Assembly (NCBI GenBank): GCA_964016885.1
Contig: OZ024741.1
Location: 155,682,001 to 155,746,000, forward strand
DNA length: 64,000 nt
Source: Eledone cirrhosa
Lineage: Eukaryota
Direction: 5' to 3'
Under the pieces are notes generated by a model. It worked only from the letters and a program-made list of their open reading frames with translations, was not told where the DNA came from and made no database searches. Each line of letters starts with the position of its first letter. Position 1 is the first letter of the stretch. This document shows positions 53,945 to 64,000 of the stretch, piece by piece. Position numbers and translations under genes: made by a program.

Positions 53945-55170
53945 AATAATAATACTATTTATAGTTATGTATATAGTATAAACAACTATAAACAGGAAGG
54001 TCAGTCATTTATTAATTACCTTATTACCAGTAAGAGAAATAGCTCAATTTATGAACATAAGTTGTTTTACAGAGTAGTTAAATAGATAAATTATACAATT
54101 ATTAAGGTTGTGTTCAAATCATTTAATAACTGACAATCGTTTCTTCCAAACTCTCGTTTGGAGTGATCGGAGCATTATCAATGTTAGCACATATATTCAC
54201 ATATATTCACATATATTCAACCGAACAATAATATAGATACATATAAATTGATGTTGTGAGCAACAGTTTCGTATTTACAGGGTGGAATGGATGTGACATA
54301 TATTTTACGAGAATTGTACAATAATTGTACAAACATTCAAGTTCAAATTCAAATTAAAATCAAAATTAAATTACAATCAAAATCAAAAGCACAGAGTGGA
54401 ATACATGCGACAGTTAAAACAAGGGAATAGGCCAAATATTAAAGAGGCATTGAGGAAGTAGTTTTGAGAAAGGAAGAGTGCAATAACAATTCATATGCAG
54501 GCGTGTGTATAGTGCGACTGCATAAGACGTATACATGAGCAGGAGACAAGCAAAGCTATTATGCATATATAGATGAATAAATACTGCAGTTAAAGCAAAT
54601 ATGATAATGTATGAGAGTCTATGGTTTATGTTGAATGTTGATGGTGTTCGAATTAATGTGTGTTGAGAAACATACAGTTTTTGCAAACTTTTCCATGACA
54701 TAATACATTAACATATTTGCTTTAACTGTATTTATTCATCTATATATGCATAATAGCTTTGCTTGTCTCCTTCTCATGTATATGACTTACACAGTCGCTC
54801 TATGCACACGCCTACATATGAATTGTTATTGCACTCTTCCTTTCTAAAAACTACTTCCTCAATGCCTCTTTAATATTTGGACTATTCCCTTGTTTTAACT
54901 GTTACATGTATTCCACTCCGTGCTTTTGATTTTGATTGTAATTTAATTTTGATTTTAATTTTAATTTGAACTTGAATTCCACCCTGTAAATACGAAACTG
55001 TTGCTCACAACATCAATTTATATGTATGTATATTATTGTTCAGTGGAATAGGAGTTAATTATATGTGCAAACATTGATAATGCTCCGATGAATCCAAACG
55101 AGAATTTGGAAGAAACGATTGTCAGCTATTAAATGATTTGAACACAACTTTGATAATTGTATAATTAATT
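53945..55170. mobile_element. Non-coding inverted-arm element (about 500-bp arms) with HHR motif
   Basis: 54088-54603 is the reverse complement of 54711-55166. GCT-CCGATGA-aTCCAAAcgagaaTTTGGAa-GAAA-CGATTG-TC-AGC at 55082-55126. Confidence 0.78.
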
Positions 55171-55171
55171 A

Positions 55172-55323
<152 letters not shown>

Positions 55324-55815
55324 GTGTGTGTCTGTGTGTGAGTGAGTGTATATAAATATATATATATGGTTAAACAGGGTTATAGGGAAAATATTCACTA
55401 TATATTCATACATGTATACATACTTATATTCTCATATATGACATTGTATACACACATACATGTGTGCGTGTGTGTGTATGTGTGTGTATACAGCGTGTAT
55501 AAAAAAGGCTATATTTTAAAACACATGACCATATAACCAGGCGGTAACTTATACTATACATGAATATGAAGTGTTATTCATTTTTTATAACTTTTATACA
55601 TTTTTATGCAATCATTTATATATTGAGCATTTACGAAACATCGAATGATCCATTTTTACCTTGTATACTTACATATACAGGGTGGAGCAACAGTTGCGAT
55701 AGTAGGATATCAAGGTTTCTGTAAATTAGAAAAGAACTCGTTAAAAAATATATAATTATGGAAACTTAAAAGTGTAATTATGTTTCCTATGCATTGCGAC
55801 TTTTTGCCCACCCTG

Positions 55816-55877
<62 letters not shown>

Positions 55878-55887
55878 CGTGTGTGTT

Positions 55888-55922
<35 letters not shown>

Positions 55923-56074
55923 GGCGTGTGTGTGTGTATACGGAGTGGATAAAAACTCGTAATACATAGGAAAAATATTTGCATTTTTAAGTTTTCATAA
56001 GTTTCACACTGAGCTGTTACACAGAACGCAATGCCTGTTGAAAAAGACGTTCGATCTTAGGATACAGTACTGAA

Positions 56075-56400
56075 CCATGTGATTCCAGTTCCTCGGAGGA
56101 CTAACAGCCCACCCAGGAGTTCGACATATCGATGGATTGACAGAGTGGAACACATTTCAACACCATGTTTACCTGTACTTTCTACATTAATTCGTGCTGC
56201 CTGATGAGGTAACAGCCAATAATAGCTGTCACTGAAATATATATAGCAGAGAATTTAAAATAAACGAAGCCAAATTTAATATGTTTGACTTACTTATTTT
56301 ACATTACTCCGGAGTGAACAAACCAACATGCGTACTTCGTCGAGTGCTCCACACTGTATACTGAGGTGTCAGTAAACAACCAACAGATGTGCAAAAAAAA
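56075..56400 (+). mobile_element. HHR element, family H1
   Basis: CTGC-CTGATGA-GGTaACAGC...GCTGTcACT-GAAA-TATATA-TA-GCAG at 56197-56249. Confidence 0.78.
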
Positions 56401-58717
56401 AAATATATATATATATATATTAAAATACAAATATTAATAATATAGATGTTCTTTTGATCAATTAAATTTTATTATACATATTTCAGAGGTACAACAGTAC
56501 GTTCTCATCAGAGAAAATATAATGATGCATGACATACTCTGAGATGTTAAATGGTTAAGATTTAATCAAGGTAGTGATTAACCTAAGAGAAAGCTCAACA
56601 TTTATACCCTAATAATGAGAAAATGCGAAAATGTAACAAATTCATAACAAGCTACTATTCTTCCATAACACCTAACCTTCTAAATAAGGCTCTTTCATAT
56701 GCTTATAAGCATAATGATCTAACCACGGATGAAATTGATATCATACTAACATCCAGAATAACTCTTATTAACTTCAACAATAAATATTGGACCCGCTCAG
56801 ATAGAGATAGAAACTTTGGTATCACTATGGGGGCATCCAATTCTGCGCAAATCACAGATCTTCTGGGAATTCTCATATTAAATATGATAAATAGAAAACT
56901 GCCGGAGATTACCGGTGGTTTATATAGGGACGACATTTTATTTACGGTGGTCAAACACAACAATATAGAACTAAATAGAGTAAAGAAAAGTATAATAGAA
57001 TTCTTTAAAATGTATGACGTTAAGTTAGAAGTAGAAAATGGTACCAAAATAGTTAATTTCCTAGACGTTACGTTTAACTTAAACACTGGCTTTTATTACC
57101 CTTTTCATAAGCCCAATAAAAACTTAAACTATGTTAGTAACCATTCCAATCACCCTAAATCTGTAAAAAAAGCTATAGTAAATAGTGTACAAAAACGCAT
57201 TAATAAAACATCAGCCAATAAAGCTATATTTGACGAAAATGCTGAATACTACAACAACGCGTGAGAATAATATAGAATATGTAGATAATAATAATCCAAG
57301 TCTTAATCCTGATGAAAATAATAACATATATAAACGAAACTCTAATAATTATAATTCAAACACCCATACGCCAAACAAATTGAGGAAAAGAACTAGAACT
57401 AAATCAGTCATATGGTTCGCCCCCCCCCCCCCCTGCTTCGGTTGCTGTTAGAACACCAATTGCAAAATTATTCTTTAATGTTTTTGACACCTCTTTCCTT
57501 ACTCAACATAAATACCATTCCATTTTTAATAGACACAGCATTAAATTGTCGTATTCTACATCTATGAATATGGCTCAAAACATTGCTAAATTAAACACTA
57601 AAATTCTAAAACAGAATCAGCATAATGATCTTAATAATAGCGTTAACATAAATGATACTAAACCAAAATGTAATTGTAGAAATAAAACTGATTGCCCTCT
57701 GCAAAATAATTGTCTAGATAGTAATTTGGTTTATAAATGCACCGTAAAAACTGATCACAACACATACAACTACATAGGATCAACTTCTTCTACATTTAAA
57801 GCCAGATTTGCGAACCATAAATGCTCATTTTCGAACTCCAAGAGGAAATCATCCACCTCTTTATCACATCTCATATGGTCATTAAAAGAGAGGAATTTAA
57901 AATACTCCATTCTTTGGACTAAACTTCGGAATTGTGGAGTTTACCGCAACTCAAGTATATCAAGTAACTGCGCCCTGGAGACCCTGTGATTATTAATAAC
58001 TATGAGACCCTAATTAACAAAAAAGTGAATTATTCTCTAATTGCCTTCATAAAGCTACGTCTACATTCCAAGCCTCCCATAAGACCAGAAAAAACCCCAC
58101 TAAATCACTAAACTTGGTTTTAAGACGTAAATAATCAACAGTTGAAAACCTTAATGTCCTTTAATATTGCTTTATCTTATAACTATCTATAGAAGAAATA
58201 ACGCTCGAATGAATGACACTTGTTCAATAACACGCTGACACGTTGATATACATAACATAATATTATTTATTTTGAACTATGAATAATTCATGCCTTTACA
58301 CTCTTTTATATATATGTATGTATTTAACTTTAGCATGTTTGAATCTATTATTTTATTTTCGTTATCATTTACCAAAAGTATACTGGCTCATTAATACTTA
58401 GTATATCTCTCTATACCTAATTTTCACTCTTGCAAATATGTGTATCTGTATAATAACATAATCATATTATTAGTTACATATATTTTAGCTTTTGTTTTCT
58501 TTGCATATATATCTATAGTGTTTAATAACATAATTACCGTTTTGGTTTAACGCTATATATAGTTTGTGCAAATATAGATATATTGTACAATAGCATATTT
58601 ATTATTTAGAGTTTATTCCTCTCATGAAGGTAGAACTTATATAGAGATTTAATATAATATAACAAATATTAATTTATTACCATAATTCCACATACACATG
58701 CACACACACACAAACAA

Positions 58718-58775
<58 letters not shown>

Positions 58776-58924
58776 TTATTAAAGTAACAGATTAAAGATT
58801 AAGCAAAGAATCGCTGCTTTCACCCTTAACGGGATCTTCTGAAACTGACAAAGTCAATCTGTAAACGCAGAAGTGAATATTTCAAAAAACGTTGCAACCG
58901 GAGGAAGACAGGAAGACGATACTT

Positions 58925-59210
58925 TGGTTCGTGGAAACGTTCCCTGGCAAAGAACGGGAAAAACGAATAAAATACGTCATTATTTGGAGCGGTGAAAATC
59001 AATTACACGCAAAGACAGAACCACGTTTATGGTATGAAAGAAGTCGTAGACTAATATTCTCTTAGGTGGTTCATAGAGACGTTCTCTGGCAATGAACGGA
59101 AAAAACGAAGATAATACGTCATATGTGGAGCGTGGAGAACAATTGCACGCAAAGACAAAACCACGTAAATGGTATAACTGAAGTCTTAGACTAAAATTCT
59201 TACTAGGAAA
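58925..59210. repeat. Two diverged tandem copies of about 140 bp within a microsatellite-bounded insert (about 58770-59730)
   Basis: TGGTTC.T.GA.ACGTTC.CTGGCAA.GAACGG...CACGCAAAGACA.AACCACGT..ATGGTAT...GAAGTC.TAGACTAA occurs twice. Confidence 0.75.
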
Positions 59211-59723
59211 CCGAATGGTTCTCCGCTTCAGAGTTAAGAATAAAGTAAATAAAATACAGATGTAATTGAAATTAAATAAATACATACACGCATCCAAATA
59301 CGTACATACACAAGCATACGCGAAACACTCGCCATAGGTATACAAATACACGCACATATAAATATGTGTATGTGTGTGCGTGTATATAAATAATTAAATA
59401 AACCTATATAAATAAATAAATACGTATATAACAAGCGCACACACATACCTACATGTAAATACACAAATGTTCGGAGACGTACGTCAACCAAAACACGAAG
59501 TACACATATACACACACCCTACATACGTACGAACCAACATACTCGCACATACGCAAAATTCACGTATTCACATAACCAAAAGCATATGTACCAGAATATA
59601 TAAAATATACGCCATAACATATACAATCAAATATACGTATTTGCTCTAGGATTCTTATATATTTGATATATATTTATCCTTATCGAGCCCTCTTTGAATT
59701 TTAGTCTTCAAAATTATTATTAT

Positions 59724-59784
<61 letters not shown>

Positions 59785-60472
59785 TGGCTGAAAACTCTGC
59801 GTTAATCATTACACTAACTACTTAACAATACATGTTTAGATATTTCTAACAATAATTACTTCATAAGCTTTACATACCGAAAATGTTGACAATCTTATAG
59901 GCAATTTTCGTTAAAGATTACATTTAAGTAAATATTCAACAGTGTACATTTTCCTTTCGCTGGCCAAATAAATCCTTTAAATTTTGTCTTCATAAAATTC
60001 AGAATTTTAGAAATGTTAACACATTTATAGAATTTATAAAATTAATAAATATAAATAACCATCAACTTTAAAAAAACTTAAAATTTTGATTCTTCACCCT
60101 TAAAATAACATAAATTAAATATTTTGAAACTTAACCGTTTAGCCTTTAAGCGACAAAAAAAATGTTTCTGCATATATTTATCCCCTTTATCTCCCCCTCT
60201 CTTTAAATCTCCTATCAGTTGCCTTCATAAACTGTTATAGTTCAAGAGACGTTTTCCTAGATAATCCCAATTTGTAGTATCCCACATTTTAAAATCTCTA
60301 TAGCTGCTACATTAAGAAACGTTTTTGTTACTCATACATCCTCTATTGAATTTATTACGTTTTCGCATTTTCTCATTATTAGGGTATAAATGTTGAGCTT
60401 TCTCTTAGGTTAATCACTACCTTGATTAAATCTTAACCATTTAACATCTCAGAGTATGTCATGTATCATTAT

Positions 60473-60525
60473 ATTTTGTCTGATGAGGACGTACTGTTGT
60501 ACCTCTGAAATATGTATAATAAAAT
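60473..60525 (+). ncRNA. Minimal type-I hammerhead ribozyme in PLE pLTR; inverted copy at 56466-56518
   Basis: ATTTTGT-CTGATGA-ggacGTACtgttGTACctct-GAAA-TATGTA-TA-ATAAAAT; 7-bp stem I. Confidence 0.75.
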
Positions 60526-60782
60526 TTAATTGATCAAAAGAACATCTATTTTATTAATATTTGTATTTTAATATTAATAACTCTTGAAAATTATTTTTAA
60601 CTGTAGAGTGCTTCCAATCTACAGTAAAACTCATTCTTTGATGTACGCATTGAATCTTGTTTAACTCTTTAATATATATATATATATAAGATGTGTGCTA
60701 GCAGCAGTAGTGTATGGCACTATTTCAGCCATGTAGAGCGATAACTATTTGTTAGTTATTATATATATATATATATATATAT

Positions 60783-61113
60783 ATTGAGTATATGTTGGTT
60801 GTTTACCGACACCTCAGTCTACATATTGGAGCACTCGACGAAGTACGCAGTTTGGTTTGTTTACTCCGGAGTAATGTAAAATAATTAAGTCAAATATGTA
60901 AAATTTGGCTTCGTTTATTATAAATTATAGATATACTACTATATATATTTCGGTGACAGCCATCATTGGCTGTGTTCTCTTCAGGCAGTCAGAATTGGTG
61001 TGGGAAAGACAGGTACACATGTTGTTGAAGTGTGTTTTACTCCGTCAATATATCGATATGTCCAGCTCCTGGTTGTGTTGTTATTCTTCTGAGGAACTGG
61101 AATCATATGATTC
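60783..61113 (-). mobile_element. HHR element, family H1
   Basis: Minus strand ACTGC-CTGAAGA-..ACAGCCAatgaTGGCTGT..-GAAA-TATATA-TA-GTAGT at 60935-60989. Confidence 0.78.
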
Positions 61114-62774
61114 CGGTTACTACATAGGCATGCACCCAGATTTAAGGATGAGAACCCGGCAGATGTTTTCATCTCTAATGATGTTAACTCATTGAATCTA
61201 GTTGTACAGGTTACTGCCTCAGTTTGATTTCATACAAAGGTTATACACCTTTCTCTTCTTCCTCGACATGCAGATGGGAACATCTAATGAAGGTTTTAGA
61301 CGGTATGAAAAGAGCACTAACAATGATGTATATGTGAAACACACAATTGGTCAGCAAGGGCTGTAGCCCTCGTACATGGGCGTGGCTACATTTAAAACAT
61401 ACTCCAAGATATTGCGAGTTATTAGGAACAAACACCTGTAACAAATATAAAGCAGGCAAAGGGGACTGTCTGCAAATTGCTCTGATGGCTAAGATCTAGA
61501 ATCTAATTGGTGTACAATTCAACAGAGCAAACAAAAATTTTCAAGGATTTGAAGTTGACAGGAATAACATGATTCATCTAACTGATTCTCTAGAAAGGTT
61601 TCTAAAATCCTTTCGGGATAGGTATTAAATGTTAAAAATGAAAGCCAAGAACTTTTGAGCCAGAGCAACAAGAGGTGGTCGAACATGACAATGCAAATCC
61701 AACACAAGTCTCAGAGGAAAGTGTACGTACCTCAGGAGACGAACTCAGATTCATAACTTTTAATGCATTAATATCATTTTAGATCAGTTAATTGTTGCCT
61801 TACAACAATGCAGGTTAGCTGATGAATTAATGCATAAGTTCAAAGCCATAATGAAATTGTGTAGTTTATCTGATGCAGAGATAAGAACTGAAACTGAGAA
61901 ATGTATCTCTGCCCCGTGAGTTTTAGTTGTGGAGATACAAGAAATTATCCATTTTGCTGCCTTTCCCAAGCACAGGTTAGGTCATGGCTCAGGCCACCTG
62001 AAAAGGCATTGTTACATGATGAATGACTTGTTCATACCTTTCCAGGTGTTGATGTAGTTCTAAAATATATTTGAGTTTCATAGTTTGTGAGATCATTCAG
62101 CAAATTAACACTCATACAGATTTAAATGAGAATCATGATAACCCACAAAATCCTAAAAGCTCTCTGCCTACAGGATGTAGAGAGCAGTGTTCTGAAAATG
62201 ATACTGTTTGAGGAGTTCATTCAAGATTTTTAAGATTTTCGAAAGACTTTTTGTCGGTATTGTAGTGATACATATCACTATAAGTTGGCATAACTTACTG
62301 TACTTAGTTTAGATAACGCTGTGTGTTGATAGATGCATTTCATCTTGTTACAGTGGATTTGATACGTTTTGGTCTAAGCTAAAATCTCTGTGGTAGCCTT
62401 GTCACTAACATGTCAGTACATTTATATGTAATATTTAACATTTACCTATTGCGTATATATTATGTATATTCTCATTTAACTTTCATGTATTAATATCTAT
62501 TTCCATGTTACATTTATGGATTTACATTTATGTATTACTAATGGGTTTTTAGCATTTAGCATTTGTTTGTATGTATATTTTATGTTATATTGTCAGCTAG
62601 ATGACGTGTTGTTGAATCGGTAAATTCATATAACTACATCCGTCTCGACTTGCCAATTAAATGAGTTTTTCCATTTTTTTTTTTTGTTTTCAACTAATTT
62701 GGTCTCCGGTCGAAAAGTAACGATAAAATAGGTGTGAAGTCATGTACAATATATATATGCGTTTGCCGTACGCG

Positions 62775-62817
<43 letters not shown>

Positions 62818-63624
62818 ACACACACACACACAGAGACACACACACACACACATACACACACACACATATATGAAGGTAGTTAAGGCTTTATTTATGTCTA
62901 TCCGGAATGAATGTTTAAACAAGAACGCTGCTTACCAGAGAGATTGACTAAGCGGTATGTCTTGAATCGTATAGCATAGATATCCAAGCAGGCGATTATG
63001 GTATATGTAAAATATCATAGAGTAGATTAATATAAGAAAGTGTTGCACCAAGAAAAAAAAGTCGTCGGCGTGAAGAGATTATGCATTTATAATAACCACA
63101 GAAACATGTTTCTGTGTCTATTATAAATTATCTACATACGCTGACTGAAATATATATTGTTCAATCATATGCAATATTTAAATATTTACTACATTTCACC
63201 AGAAAGGCTATACTAGTGGAATTCAACTATTCACTACGAGGTAGAATTCAGTACTGAGATTTTTGTTTAAGAAAATGTAAACAAGTTAAAAATAGTATGA
63301 TATACACTAAGTTAATGTGAGAGTAGAGAGAAGTGGGGGTGGCGTAAAGAGTTTAACACTATCAATCCGTGTGCTGTGATTTGGAACAATTATTCTTTGA
63401 CCATTGTTATAGGTGAAAGTTTTGATGTTTACCATATATAGGAGTAGAGAATTTATGAATAGAGGGACAGAGAAAGATAAGGTAGAGATTAAGAGTAGAC
63501 TAGAGTGTATAAGGTGGAAAGGAATTAAGAAAATGGGATTGTTTTGAATACTACTGAATCCATTGGGCGAGAAAAGTTCAAATGCCACAGTAAATGTACC
63601 AAATAGGATAGAGTAAAACATAGC

Positions 63625-64000
63625 TCACTATGTCTATCAACGACGGGAACTCTTTTCCCGTAACACTCAGCTATCCACCGCTGACCACCGAACAGGTCCC
63701 TGAAATCTTTGTCTTGTATAGTATGAACAGCACATTTTTCTTCATGGATCTCCCTGTTCACCTGTTGCACACTCACAGCGCATGGTGTTCTCGTACTACC
63801 AAACGGTACCTCGTCATCACTCACTGTAACGCCTCCTAAGCAGCCAATCCTATCCATTCCCATTGCCACATCAATTCCATCCACCACGTTGTCGATCACG
63901 ATCAGCCGCAGCCTTATTTTCATTCCTCGTGCCACCACCTTCACCTCACTCCATCTAATCTCCCTACAGCCGACTGTCTTTACACTACTCATCCCGCTCC
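63625..64000 (+). pseudogene. Possible heavily decayed PLE post-RT/linker region
   Basis: Only weak motifs (FPVTLSYPP; TTFTSLHLI) and C-rich composition. Confidence 0.25.

Larger units (their letters stand above)
56420..60672 (+). mobile_element. 5'-truncated Naiad-type PLE with inverted pLTR
   Basis: RT 56640-57264 (FGITMGA..SAQITDLLG, GLYRDD, VNFLDVTFNL, PFHKPN, SNHP); GIY-YIG 57546-58050 (CNCRNKTDCPLQNNCL, VYKC, YIGST, FKARFANH). 56420-56631 is the reverse complement of 60360-60572. Confidence 0.88.

Noticed and set aside
61200-62400. Non-repetitive 1.2-kb stretch as a host exon or transposase
   Set aside because: Only short ORFs with no recognisable motif; needs BLASTx.

Overview
AT-rich, microsatellite-saturated animal genomic DNA with no recognisable host-gene exon. 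The SINE families and the (AT)n/(CA)n/(GA)n density suggest an octopus or other cephalopod; this is inferred, not verified. The window is a nest of transposable elements: a decayed R4/Dong-type non-LTR element (1-2580), a deleted Merlin/IS1595 transposon (2621-3243), several Penelope-like elements (PLEs; Neptune-type at about 5350, Naiad-type at about 23985, 28800-31915 and 56420-60672), a CRE-type fragment, an uninterrupted Tx1/L1-group ORF2 (41126-44500), a deleted mariner, an hAT/Charlie relic, Helitron ends, RTE-like non-autonomous elements and tRNA-derived SINEs. The most striking signal is a set of about a dozen minimal type-I hammerhead ribozyme (HHR) motifs in at least seven unrelated sequence contexts. 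Most lie in short non-coding elements inserted in (AT)n tracts as outward-facing inverted arm pairs, suggesting twin priming from both ends of a cut microsatellite; one is a circularly permuted retrozyme-like unit of about 425 nt. An old inverted duplication (40683-56073) gives a before/after view of microsatellites acting as TE landing pads. All alignments were done by eye, so repeat boundaries are approximate.
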